This document shows, piece after piece, positions 1-9,386 of a stretch of 25,710 nt of DNA (position 1 is its first letter; each line of letters begins with the position of its first letter). The stretch is from an uncultured Clostridia bacterium (GTDB lineage: Bacteria > Bacillota > Clostridia > TANB77 > CAG-508), in the NCBI GenBank assembly GCA_963558405.1, contig CAUWGC010000020.1, positions 1 through 25,710 of the forward strand, read 5' to 3'. The notes beneath the pieces are model-generated. The model did not search any database. It saw nothing but the letters and a program-made list of their open reading frames with translations, and was not told the DNA's origin. A program made the translations under genes and the position numbers.

Positions 1-68
1 CTAATATCAATCAGTTTCAAGATTTTTTTATTTTCAAACTGTCAAACTCGAGATATTGATACTATAGA

Positions 69-97
69 ATTATACTAATATTTTAAATATTTGTCAA
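69..97 (-). promoter_or_regulatory. Consensus sigma-A promoter firing off the left edge of the window
   Basis: Minus strand TTGACA (97-92), 17-bp spacer, TATAAT (74-69). Confidence 0.75.
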
Positions 98-130
98 GTA
101 AAAAAAAGATTTTATAACCATATTTTAAAA

Positions 131-158
131 AAATTAGACATCATATGATGTCTAATTT
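131..158. terminator. Perfect 28-bp palindrome, probable intrinsic terminator of the AbrB-like gene
   Basis: AAATTAGACATCAT|ATGATGTCTAATTT. On the minus strand it is followed by a T-run and lies 16 nt after the stop at 175. Confidence 0.65.
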
Positions 159-174
159 AGCATACCTTTAAAAG

Positions 175-471
175 TCACTCTCGAACTAATTTTATTTTAC
201 CTTTTTCCACAACAATTTCAAATGTATCTTCCAATTCTATTTCTAGAATTCTTAAAAATTCTATTGGAATCTGAATTCTGTTAACTTTATTCAACTTTCT
301 AACAATTCCAATATAAGCTCTTTTTTTAATATTAGAACTTTCAAATCTTTTTATACAGATATTTCCATATTCAATTGTCAGTTCTAACTCATCTCCTACT
401 ACTATGTTTAGTCCTTTTGTAACTTTACTTGGAATATGAAACCGCATTAACTTATCAATTTTCTGTTTCAT
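175..471 (-). CDS. AbrB/SpoVT/MazE-type DNA-binding protein with two tandem swapped-hairpin repeats
   Basis: Two repeats resemble the AbrB motif RKVDELGRIVIP: KIDKLMRFHIP...GDELELTIE and RKLNKVNRIQIP...EDTFEIVVEKGKIKL. GAGGAGG RBS upstream. Confidence 0.75.
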   Translation of the reverse strand: MKQKIDKLMRFHIPSKVTKGLNIVVGDELELTIEYGNICIKRFESSNIKKRAYIGIVRKLNKVNRIQIPIEFLRILEIELEDTFEIVVEKGKIKLVRE

Positions 472-490
472 AATCTAGTTATGCCTCCTC

Positions 491-528
491 AATATATATT
501 TATATTCCAATGAATATAAATATATATT
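491..528. repeat. 17-bp perfect AT-rich inverted repeat (terminator of the CoA ligase gene or operator of the AbrB-like gene)
   Basis: AATATATATTTATATTC-caat-GAATATAAATATATATT, immediately upstream of the RBS of 175..471. Confidence 0.5.
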
Positions 529-577
529 ACATTAATTTACATAATTAGTCAAGTTTTTAAGTATTTTATTCATCATT

Positions 578-2302
578 TTAACTTTTTTCATTTATTACTT
601 TTGATATTTCTTCAAATCTTTTTATTTTTTGTGTAGTTGTTTTTATCATTGGTTCTTTAGTTAAAATTAATTTCTTCATATGCTTATAATTTGGCATTTG
701 ACTATTAATATTTTTTATATCTTTCCAAACTTTTTCTTGTAATTCCGCTTCTTTCCCCTCTAAACCAATATCTTTCATATAATCTTCATTATATACTATT
801 TTTACAGAAATAATTAAATCGTCATCTTTAGGATAACCAAAAACCATACTTTCTGCAACATATGGCAAATTATTAACTAATTGTTCTATTTCTTCTGGAT
901 ATATATTTTTACCGTTCTTTAATACTATTACATTTTTCTTTCGGCTAGTAATAAAAAGATATCCATCTTTATCTATGTACCCCAAGTCTCCTGTATGGAA
1001 CCATCCATCTACTATTACTTCATTTGTTGCTTCTTCATTTTCATAATATCCTAACATTAAATTAGGACCTTTCATTATTACTTCTCCTATTCCTTGCTCA
1101 TTTGGATTGTCTATTTTTACTTCTACATTACTTAAAGGAAATCCTACAGAACCGTACTTTATATTTCCTTTTGTTTCAGCTGTAATAACAGGTGAAGTTT
1201 CTGTTAATCCATAACCTTGTACTGTTAAAATTCCAAATTCATTAAAACCTTTTGCCACTTCTTTATCAATAGCAGCAGCCCCACTTACAACAAATCGTAA
1301 ATTACCTCCAAGATTATCTAATATTTGTTTAAATATTTTTCTTCTAATATCAATTCCAAATTTTAAAAGTAAATTACTATGTTTTTTAGCAAAAGAAATT
1401 AATTTTGTTTTTCCTTGTTTTTTTATCTCTATATTTATTTTTTTATACATTGCTTCTAAAAGTAATGGTACACACACAAATATAGATACCTTATATTCTT
1501 TTAAATTTTGTGGAATATGCTTTAGTCCATCACAAAATGTACAAGTCACACCGTTGCTCATAAATAGTAAGTATCCTGTACTACCAAATGTATGATGTAA
1601 TGGCAAAAATAACAAAGCTACATCTGTTTCGTAAATATCTTCTGCTATATTAAGTGCATTTATGTTCTCTGTAATATTTTTATGTGATAACATAACAGCT
1701 TTTGAACTAGAAGTTGTTCCAGATGTAAATAATATAATGCTCATTTCATCTGCTTTAATTTCCGCTTCACTATATTCTTTATTTCCATTTTTTAATAATT
1801 CTTTTCCTTTTTCAATTACATTTTGTAATGATATAAAAGAAGAGTCTGTAATTTTATCCATACAAATATAAGATTTAATATTATTATCACCTGCATTTTT
1901 AATTTTTTTCATTATATCTTCATATTTTGAATCAAATATTACGCAATCTGCTAAGCTTTGTTTAAGTGATAATGCAATTTCTCTTTCTGGTAAAGACTTA
2001 TCAAGAGGAATTACTATTCCTACACCATTTACAACACTTAAATAACTCATACACCATTCATAACGATTTGGTGAAATAATTGCAATTCTTTTTCCTTTAA
2101 GTCCCATGTTTATAAGTCCTGTACCTAATTCCTCAACTTCATTTTTTAAATTTTCATATGTTTTATTTATATACTGTACTTTACCATCTATTTTTTTCTT
2201 AATTATAAAAGCAGTATTTTTAGCATATTTTTTTACTGCATAATGAAAAACCTCTCTAAGATCTTTAAAATCAACTTTTTTGTTTTCTTTTACTTTATTC
2301 AT
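578..2302 (-). CDS. Long-chain fatty acid--CoA ligase (AMP-binding/ANL family)
   Basis: Motifs FTSGTTSSSK, QGYGLTETSP, GWFHTGDLG and GKNIYPEEIE. Start placed at ATG 2302 (MNKVKEN) behind an AGGAG RBS rather than at 2377. Confidence 0.9.
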   Translation of the reverse strand: MNKVKENKKVDFKDLREVFHYAVKKYAKNTAFIIKKKIDGKVQYINKTYENLKNEVEELGTGLINMGLKGKRIAIISPNRYEWCMSYLSVVNGVGIVIPLDKSLPEREIALSLKQSLADCVIFDSKYEDIMKKIKNAGDNNIKSYICMDKITDSSFISLQNVIEKGKELLKNGNKEYSEAEIKADEMSIILFTSGTTSSSKAVMLSHKNITENINALNIAEDIYETDVALLFLPLHHTFGSTGYLLFMSNGVTCTFCDGLKHIPQNLKEYKVSIFVCVPLLLEAMYKKINIEIKKQGKTKLISFAKKHSNLLLKFGIDIRRKIFKQILDNLGGNLRFVVSGAAAIDKEVAKGFNEFGILTVQGYGLTETSPVITAETKGNIKYGSVGFPLSNVEVKIDNPNEQGIGEVIMKGPNLMLGYYENEEATNEVIVDGWFHTGDLGYIDKDGYLFITSRKKNVIVLKNGKNIYPEEIEQLVNNLPYVAESMVFGYPKDDDLIISVKIVYNEDYMKDIGLEGKEAELQEKVWKDIKNINSQMPNYKHMKKLILTKEPMIKTTTQKIKRFEEISKVINEKS

Positions 2303-2395
2303 TTTTACTCTCCTATTTAATAATTTTACTGATTCATTATAGCATAAAAGAATATATTTTATTTGCTTTATGACCATAAGGTCGAAAACTTTAAA

Positions 2396-2482
2396 TATTT
2401 CTTTTCTTTTTGCTAATTTTATTCCTTCATAAATAAGTGGAATCTCTACATTTTCTATAGCATTAAGTCTTGGTAATAATTG
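2396..2482 (-). pseudogene. Remnant of a LolD/MacB/FtsE-type ABC ATPase gene
   Basis: Translates as QLLPRLNAIENVEIPLIYEGIKLAKRKEI, which matches the post-Q-loop segment of that family (NLLPRLTAxENVELPLIY.G). It has no start codon and is preceded by TAA. Confidence 0.65.
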
Positions 2483-2508
2483 TTATTTTAAATAAAATAT
2501 GATATAAT
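2480..2508 (+). promoter_or_regulatory. Sigma-A promoter with extended -10 for the orphan gene
   Basis: TTGTTA (2480-2485), 17 bp, TG-A-TATAAT (TATAAT at 2503-2508). Confidence 0.6.
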
Positions 2509-2560
2509 ATAAGAAGTAAGATGATTTACTTGTTTGGGCTTAGCAGAAAGGATGAAAAAT

Positions 2561-3043
2561 ATGGAAGATTTAAACAAATATTATTCACGGACAAGAGTAC
2601 TTATGGTAGAAACATTAGAAAACCTTCTAAGGGAAGCAAATTTCTTTTTTGAAACGTATTTTCCAATATATCTACATATTGCTGAAAGTGGTTCAAAAGA
2701 AGAATTTTCTAAGATTGAAAGATTATTTACTCCAATCATTCTTTGGAAAGGATATGAATGTACTCCATTTTTAAACTTTCCAATCAGACTTTCACGAAAA
2801 CAGTTTATGAAACATTCATTGATTCAATTTATTTTCTTATTTTACTGTTCCAGTAAAGTAAATGAAGATAATAAATTGTTGGAAAAAAACCTTATTGCTG
2901 ATGGTAGCCAAGCATTTATTGAATGGCTAAGACCGGAATATCCTAAATTTTACAATTTTTTTAAAGAACATGCTTCTTGTTCTATGTGTGAAGCTTTAAA
3001 AGATTTGGAATTTGCAGATTTTATTGAACTCTGTAAAAAGTAA
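2561..3043 (+). CDS. Hypothetical protein (160 aa) with a C-terminal CxxC
   Basis: Open frame with AGAAAGGA RBS, its own promoter and a downstream hairpin. No family recognised. Confidence 0.65.
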   Translation: MEDLNKYYSRTRVLMVETLENLLREANFFFETYFPIYLHIAESGSKEEFSKIERLFTPIILWKGYECTPFLNFPIRLSRKQFMKHSLIQFIFLFYCSSKVNEDNKLLEKNLIADGSQAFIEWLRPEYPKFYNFFKEHASCSMCEALKDLEFADFIELCKK

Positions 3044-3072
3044 ATTATAAACTTCAAAAAACAGCCCAAACA

Positions 3073-3104
3073 AAAGAGGGTATCCTTAAATAGGAACCCT
3101 CTTT
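3073..3104. terminator. Hairpin between convergent genes
   Basis: AAAGAGGGT-a-TCCT-taaat-AGGA-ACCCTCTTT followed by CTTTTT. It overlaps the last codons of the annotated ABC ORF. Confidence 0.6.
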
Positions 3105-4951
3105 CTTTTTATCCGTTCTTCTACTTCAAATTGTGAATTATATAATTTTTCATAAAATCCTTTTTTATTAAGTAATTCTTCATGTGTACCTTGCTCTACT
3201 ATATCTCCATGATTCATTACTAGTATTAAATCCGCATTTTTTATTGTAGATAATCTGTGTGCAATTATAAAGCTTGTTCTTCCTTCCATTAAATGATCCA
3301 TTGCAGATTGAATTTGTTGTTCTGTTCTAGTATCAATTGAACTTGTAGCTTCATCTAATATTAAAATTTTTGGATTTGCTAAAATTACCCTTGCTATTGT
3401 TAATAATTGTTTTTGTCCTGCTGAAATATTGCTAGACTCTTCATTTATTACAGCATCATATCCATTTGGCAATGTTTTTATATAATGATGTACATGTGCT
3501 GCTTTTGCTGCTTCTATAATTTCTGCATCTGTTGCATCTTGTTTTCCGTATTTAATATTTTCTTTTAAGCTACCACTAAATAGCCATGTATCTTGCAACA
3601 CCATTCCAAACATTTTTCGAAGCTCTCCACGGTCAAAATCTTTAACATCATATCCATCTACTAATATTTTTCCGCTATTTACATCATAAAATCTCATTAA
3701 TAGCTTAACCATTGTAGTTTTACCAGCACCAGTTGGACCTACAATAGCTATTTTTTGTCCTTCTTTTACATCTGCACAAAAGTCATTAATAATAATTCTA
3801 TCTTCATCATATCCAAATTTAACATGATCAAAAACTATATTTCCTTTTAATCCTTCTGTTTTTACAGGTTTTTCTATAGTTTTTACTTCTTCTGGTTCTT
3901 CTAAAAATTTAAATACTCTTTCAGCAGCTGCAATCATACTTTGAATCATTGCAGATACTTGTGCTATTTGCATAATTGGCTGTGTAAATTGCTTGTTATA
4001 TTGAATAAAGCTTTGTATATTTCCTACTGTAATTCTTCCTTGTATTGCTAAATAACCTCCAATAATTGCAACAGCTACATATCCTACATTTCCTATAAAA
4101 TTCATTAATGGATGCATTAAACCAGATAAAAATTGTGATCTCCATGCTGAATGATATAATTGTTTGTTAGCTTTACTAAATTCTTCAATTGCTTCTTTCT
4201 CACCATTAAATGCCTTTACTACAGTATGCCCACCATATATTTCTTCTACTTGACCATTTACATGCCCCAAATAATCTTGTTGAGCAGTGAAATACTTTTG
4301 AGATTTACTTACAATCTTTTTTAATATAAAAGCTGTAATTGGTAATATTATTAAAGATATTAATGTCATTATCCAACTTATTGATAACATCATTACTAAT
4401 ATACCTATAATTGTACATATAGATGTAATAATTTGTGTAACACTTTGATTTAAATTTTGTGATAATGTATCAATATCGTTTGTTATAATAGATAATACTT
4501 CTCCATGCGTTTTTGTGTCAAAATAGTGCATTGGCAATTTATTTATTTTTTTTGCTAAATCGTTACGTAGTTTATATGTTATTTTTTGTACAACTGATGT
4601 CATTGTAAAACCTTGTACAAGTGAAAATATTTGGCTTACAATATATAATCCTAATAATGATAATAAAATAGTTGCAATTTTTCCAAAATCAATTCCGCTT
4701 CCACCTGAAAGTTTACTTACTAATCCGTTAAAAATTTCTGTAGTAGCATTTCCTAAAATTTTAGGTCCTACTACCATAAATACTGTACTTCCTATAGCAA
4801 AAATAATTACTATAAGCAAAGCAATTTTATAATTAGATAAATAATCTTTAATTAATTTTTTTGTAGTGCCTTTAAAATCTTGTGGTTTTTCTACCACTCC
4901 TTTAGCACCTGGTCCCATACCTCCCATTGGAGGTCTAATTTTTTGTGACAT
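3086..4951 (-). CDS. Heterodimeric ABC exporter subunit (fused TMD-NBD; TM288/EfrD-like)
   Basis: TM domain followed by Walker A GPTGAGKT, degenerate signature ISAGQ, Walker B ILILDEAT and switch IAHRL. Confidence 0.93.
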   Translation of the reverse strand: MSQKIRPPMGGMGPGAKGVVEKPQDFKGTTKKLIKDYLSNYKIALLIVIIFAIGSTVFMVVGPKILGNATTEIFNGLVSKLSGGSGIDFGKIATILLSLLGLYIVSQIFSLVQGFTMTSVVQKITYKLRNDLAKKINKLPMHYFDTKTHGEVLSIITNDIDTLSQNLNQSVTQIITSICTIIGILVMMLSISWIMTLISLIILPITAFILKKIVSKSQKYFTAQQDYLGHVNGQVEEIYGGHTVVKAFNGEKEAIEEFSKANKQLYHSAWRSQFLSGLMHPLMNFIGNVGYVAVAIIGGYLAIQGRITVGNIQSFIQYNKQFTQPIMQIAQVSAMIQSMIAAAERVFKFLEEPEEVKTIEKPVKTEGLKGNIVFDHVKFGYDEDRIIINDFCADVKEGQKIAIVGPTGAGKTTMVKLLMRFYDVNSGKILVDGYDVKDFDRGELRKMFGMVLQDTWLFSGSLKENIKYGKQDATDAEIIEAAKAAHVHHYIKTLPNGYDAVINEESSNISAGQKQLLTIARVILANPKILILDEATSSIDTRTEQQIQSAMDHLMEGRTSFIIAHRLSTIKNADLILVMNHGDIVEQGTHEELLNKKGFYEKLYNSQFEVEERIKRKRVPI

Positions 4952-7194
4952 TATTCTAATTCCTCCTTTGAAAGTTGTGATAAGGCAATTTGTTTATAAG
5001 TATCACAATTTTCCATTAATTCTCTATGTGTACCTTTTCCAACAATTTTACCTTCTTCTAATACTATAATTTGGTCTGCATTTAATACTGTACTAATTCT
5101 TTGTGCAACAATAATAACTGTTTTATTTTCAGTTTTTTCTTTTAATGCTGCTCTTAATTTACTATCTGTTTTAAAATCAAGAGCAGAAAAACTATCGTCA
5201 AATACAAATATTTCTGGATCAGTTGCAATAGCTCTTGCAATTGATAAACGTTGCTTTTGTCCTCCTGATACATTGCTTCCTCCTTGTGCTATTGGAGAAT
5301 CATATTTTTCTTCTTTTTCTTCTATAAACTCAGTAGCCTGTGCTATTTTAGCCGCTTCAATCATTCTTTCATCAGACATTTCTGGGTCACCATATTTTAT
5401 ATTTGAGCGGATTGTTCCTGAAAATAACACTCCTTTTTGAGGTACAAAACCTATTTTCTTTCTTAATTCTTCTTGTGATACATCTCTTACATCAACACCA
5501 TCAATTAATAATTCACCACTTGTAACATCATAAAAACGTGGAATTAAATTTACTACAGTTGATTTACCACTTCCAGTACTTCCTATAATAGCAGTTGTAG
5601 TACCTGGTTTAGCTGTAAAAGTAATATCTTCTAATATTTCTGTATCAGCGTCTGGATATCTAAATGATACTTCTTTAAACTCTACTAAACCCTTTTTGCT
5701 ATCATCCCATTGTTTTTTTACTTCTTTATCTTTAATATTAGGCTCTGTTTCTAAAACTTCATTAATACGTTTAGCAGATACTGTAGCACGTGGTAACATA
5801 ATTGAAACCATAGAAATCATTAAAAAGCTCATTACGATTTGCATTGTATATTGTATAAAAGCCATCATATCTCCTACTTGTAAAATTCCTTGGTCTACAT
5901 CATGTCCTCCAACCCAAATAATAAGTAACATTATAGAATTCATTATAAACATTAATGCTGGCATCATTATACTCATAGCACGGTTAACAAATACATTTGT
6001 TTTCATTAACTTTTTATTTGCTTTATCAAAACGTTCTTCTTCGTGTTTTTCTGTGTTAAAAGCTCTTATAACTGGTATACCAGTAAGAATTTCTCTAGAT
6101 ACAAGATTTAGTTTATCAATCAAATCTTGTAATTTTTTAAATTTTGGCATTGCTACTATAAATAAAACTAATACAATAGCTAATATACATAATATTGCAA
6201 GTCCAATAATCCATGCTATAGATGTTTGACTCTTAGTTAATACATGAATAAATCCACCAATACCTATAATTGGAGCATATACTACTACTCTAAAAAGAAT
6301 AGTAATTAATTGTTGTATTTGCTGAATATCATTTGTACTACGTGTAATTAGTGATGCAGTTGAAAATTCCCTAAATTCTTTAGTTGAAAAACTTAATACT
6401 TTCCTAAATACTAAATCCCTTAAAGTTCTTCCAAGCTTTGCAGCTACACGAGAAGATAAAAGCATTATAGTTATAGCTGATGTCATACTTATAAATGCTA
6501 TTCCAAGCATTTGTAGACCTGTAAGTAGTATATAATTGTTTTGTATTTTATCAATATCCATTCCTAATGCTTTGTATTCTTCTTTTACTTCTGATATTGC
6601 CGCTTGTTCTATTATACTTCCCATCATAGTATCTAATTTTTCATTTATTGGTTTTAAAAATTCATCTCTATTTTCTTCTGGCATCTTCTTTATTATATCA
6701 ATTAAGTTCATTTGTTCTAAAATAACTTTTTGTTCGTTTGGAACATTTCCTAACATTTTAGATTTTATCTGTTCTTGTGTATCTGAATTTTCTAATAAAG
6801 ATAATGTCATAAGAGGTCTTGCTATTTTATTATCCAATTCTTCTTGTTCTTCTGATAATTTATCTAATATATAAATTTCTTGATTTTCAAGTTCTGGATA
6901 TTTTTTTACCTCTTTTTCATACTCTTTTTCGGATAAATTTTCTTTAGATAATAAGCTATAATTCTCTAAAATGGATTCATCTTCGTTTGTAAAAATAAGT
7001 AGATTTTCCATTTGCTCTTTTCTAATTGCTTCTGGCGCTACATTTTCTATACCACCTTGTTGTATTCCTATGTTTACAATTTTAGAAGTATAATCTGGTA
7101 AAGCTAAATCTGTTGCAGCTTGTAAACATAAAAGAGCAATAATTGCAATAACACTTACCCATGATTTTTTTAGGTACTTTAATACTTTTAACAT
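4951..7194 (-). CDS. Heterodimeric ABC exporter subunit (fused TMD-NBD; TM287/EfrC-like) with a large extracellular insert
   Basis: Walker A GSTGSGKS, signature VSGGQ, degenerate Walker B FVFDDS and switch VAQR. TAATG stop/start overlap with its partner. Confidence 0.93.
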   Translation of the reverse strand: MLKVLKYLKKSWVSVIAIIALLCLQAATDLALPDYTSKIVNIGIQQGGIENVAPEAIRKEQMENLLIFTNEDESILENYSLLSKENLSEKEYEKEVKKYPELENQEIYILDKLSEEQEELDNKIARPLMTLSLLENSDTQEQIKSKMLGNVPNEQKVILEQMNLIDIIKKMPEENRDEFLKPINEKLDTMMGSIIEQAAISEVKEEYKALGMDIDKIQNNYILLTGLQMLGIAFISMTSAITIMLLSSRVAAKLGRTLRDLVFRKVLSFSTKEFREFSTASLITRSTNDIQQIQQLITILFRVVVYAPIIGIGGFIHVLTKSQTSIAWIIGLAILCILAIVLVLFIVAMPKFKKLQDLIDKLNLVSREILTGIPVIRAFNTEKHEEERFDKANKKLMKTNVFVNRAMSIMMPALMFIMNSIMLLIIWVGGHDVDQGILQVGDMMAFIQYTMQIVMSFLMISMVSIMLPRATVSAKRINEVLETEPNIKDKEVKKQWDDSKKGLVEFKEVSFRYPDADTEILEDITFTAKPGTTTAIIGSTGSGKSTVVNLIPRFYDVTSGELLIDGVDVRDVSQEELRKKIGFVPQKGVLFSGTIRSNIKYGDPEMSDERMIEAAKIAQATEFIEEKEEKYDSPIAQGGSNVSGGQKQRLSIARAIATDPEIFVFDDSFSALDFKTDSKLRAALKEKTENKTVIIVAQRISTVLNADQIIVLEEGKIVGKGTHRELMENCDTYKQIALSQLSKEELE

Positions 7195-7197
7195 TTT

Positions 7198-7813
7198 TTA
7201 TAACTCCACCCTTTCCTTTAAAATTCCATACTTTAAAAAATTTAATGCCTGATAAAACTCTTCTTTTGAAGATTCTATTTTGTTTTCTTTAAAAGTACTT
7301 GCAATAGAACCTCTTAATATTCTATTTAACATTTTAATAATAATTATCAAATCTTCTTCTTTTTTTATTCGTAATTTTTTTACATCAATATATTCTTTAT
7401 ATTTCATTACCTCATAAACAGGTTCTGGTTTTAAACAAAAAAACATATTTTCATTTGCTTTTATATTTTCAAATATCTTTTTATAAAAGTTAATATCTTT
7501 ACCTCTCATACAAGAATTTATCATAAAGTCATATAAACCTTTATATAATTCAAAAATATCTCCGATTACTATTTTTTAATGTTTCTAAAATATATGTATC
7601 AACATCTTTCATTTTTGAATCTATTAAATATAGTAATACATCTTGTTTGCTTTCAAAATATTGATAAAAACTTCCTCTTGCTATTTCTGCATCTTCTACT
7701 ATGTTTTTTATTGATACTTCCTCAATTGGAACACGCGAGAATTCTTTTTTGGCTGATTCAATAATTTTATTTTTTTTATCTTCAGATAGTTTTAAAAAAG
7801 TTTCTGTTGGCAT
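7198..7813 (-). pseudogene. TetR/AcrR-family regulator split by a +1 frameshift (about 204 aa when rejoined)
   Basis: The N-terminal ORF has the TetR HTH (IKNIVEDAEIARGSFYQYFESK). Removing the C at 7564 (AAT-C-GGA-GAT-ATT-TTT) joins it without stops to ORF 7198..7524 via LKNSNGDIFELYKGLYDFM. Confidence 0.85.
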
Positions 7814-7839
7814 TATACTCCCCCTTTATACGTGTAAAA

Positions 7840-7885
7840 ATGACACTGTGTCATATATTGTATGTGACACAGTGTCATTTGTCAA
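7840..7885 (-). promoter_or_regulatory. Sigma-A promoter with two palindromic TetR-type operators
   Basis: TTGACA (7885-7880), 17 bp, TACAAT (7862-7857). Palindrome TGACACnGTGTCA at 7865-7877 (in the spacer) and at 7841-7853 (over the start site). Confidence 0.85.
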
Positions 7886-7894
7886 CAGTTTTTT

Positions 7895-9247
7895 TTATTT
7901 TTTACATTTTTTTACTTGTTTACTATTTTCTGTTTTTTCTTCATAACCTGGTTTACCAAGTAGTCTAAACATATTTTTTTTGTATTTTTCAACTCCAGGT
8001 TGATCAAATGGATTTACTCCTAATAAATTTCCAGACATTGCACATGCTTTTTCAAAGAAATAAATTAAATGTCCTATTCCTTCTTCGTTTAGTTCATCAA
8101 TATTTATTAATATGTTTGGAACATCACCTGATACATGAGCTTGTATAGTTCCTTCCATTGCTTTTTTATTTACGTAATCTAAATCTTTTCCTACTAAATA
8201 ATTTAACCCATCTAAATTATCTTCGTCTAAGTTTATTTTTAGATTACTATTTGCCTTTTCTATTCTAAGTACAGTTTCAAAAAGATTGCGTCTACCTTCT
8301 TGTATATATTGTCCAAGAGAATGTAAATCTGTAGTAAATTCTGCTGATGATGGATAAATTCCTTTTAATTCTTTTCCTTCACTTTCTCCATAAAGTTGTT
8401 TCCACCATTCCAAAAAAAAGTGTAATTTTGGTTCATAATTTACTAATATTTCAATATTTTTTTCTTTTTCATATAATATGTTACGAAGTACAGCATATTT
8501 ATAGCAATCATTATATTTTACATTTTCATCACTATATTTTTCCTCAGCAAATCTTGCACCATTCATTAATTTGTCAATATTAAGACCAGAAGCGGCAATA
8601 GGTAACAATCCTACAGCAGTAAGTACAGAATATCTGCCTCCAACATTATCTGGTATTACAAATGTTTCATAATCTTCTTCAGTAGCTAAAGTTTTTAATG
8701 CACCTTTTTCTTTATCTGTTGTAACATATATTCTTTTTCTTGCTTCTTCTAATCCATATTTATTTTCTATAAATTCTCTAAAAATACGGAATGCAATAGC
8801 AGGTTCAGTTGTAGTACCAGATTTTGAAATTACATTAATTGATAAGTCTTTATCTCCTATAAAATCAATAACATCATTAATGTAGTTTGGGCTTAAGTTA
8901 TTTCCTACATATATAATTTGAGGAAATTTACGCTTTTCTTTTGGTAAGCTATTTTGAAAAGTATGTGTTAAACTTTCTATAACTGCTCTTGCTCCTAAGT
9001 ATGAACCACCAATTCCAATAACAAGTAATACCTCTGAATCTTTTATAATTTTTTTAGCAGCTTTTTTTATTCTAGAAAACTCTGCTTTATCATAATTAGT
9101 TGGAAGTTCTAACCATCCTAAAAATGCATCTTCATTATTTTTATCTGCCTCCAATTTTTTGTGAATATCTACCACTCTTTTTGCATATTTCATTATTTCT
9201 TTTTCTGTAATTCCAGAATTTTTATAATCTAACTTAATATTATTCAT
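7895..9247 (-). CDS. pgi: Glucose-6-phosphate isomerase
   Basis: Motifs [39 protein letters not shown] and [12 protein letters not shown]. Confidence 0.98.
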   Translation of the reverse strand: MNNIKLDYKNSGITEKEIMKYAKRVVDIHKKLEADKNNEDAFLGWLELPTNYDKAEFSRIKKAAKKIIKDSEVLLVIGIGGSYLGARAVIESLTHTFQNSLPKEKRKFPQIIYVGNNLSPNYINDVIDFIGDKDLSINVISKSGTTTEPAIAFRIFREFIENKYGLEEARKRIYVTTDKEKGALKTLATEEDYETFVIPDNVGGRYSVLTAVGLLPIAASGLNIDKLMNGARFAEEKYSDENVKYNDCYKYAVLRNILYEKEKNIEILVNYEPKLHFFLEWWKQLYGESEGKELKGIYPSSAEFTTDLHSLGQYIQEGRRNLFETVLRIEKANSNLKINLDEDNLDGLNYLVGKDLDYVNKKAMEGTIQAHVSGDVPNILINIDELNEEGIGHLIYFFEKACAMSGNLLGVNPFDQPGVEKYKKNMFRLLGKPGYEEKTENSKQVKKCKK

Positions 9248-9283
9248 TCTTTTGTTACCTCACTTTATTTTTTTATATGGTAT

Positions 9284-9312
9284 ATTCTATACTAGTTTTT
9301 TTTAATATGCAA
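9284..9312 (-). promoter_or_regulatory. Putative pgi promoter
   Basis: TTGCAT, 17 bp, TAGAAT. Confidence 0.5.
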
Positions 9313-9386
9313 TAATTTATATTTATTTCACAAAAAATTTACTATTTTTATTTTATTATCATATAAATTAAAAAGGAGGGATAAAT

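Noticed and set aside
5-61. Structured leader RNA behind the 69-97 promoter
   Set aside because: Only short, imperfect AT-rich stems are visible and the region is cut by the window edge.
938-950. ITSRKK in place of the common ITGRKK in the CoA ligase
   Set aside because: This position varies in the ANL family (for example DRKK) and the other motifs are intact, so it is not evidence of inactivation.
7572-7577. A6 homopolymer slip as the cause of the TetR split
   Set aside because: It is possible, but it would give LKIVIGDIF, which looks less natural than LKNSNGDIF obtained by removing the C at 7564.
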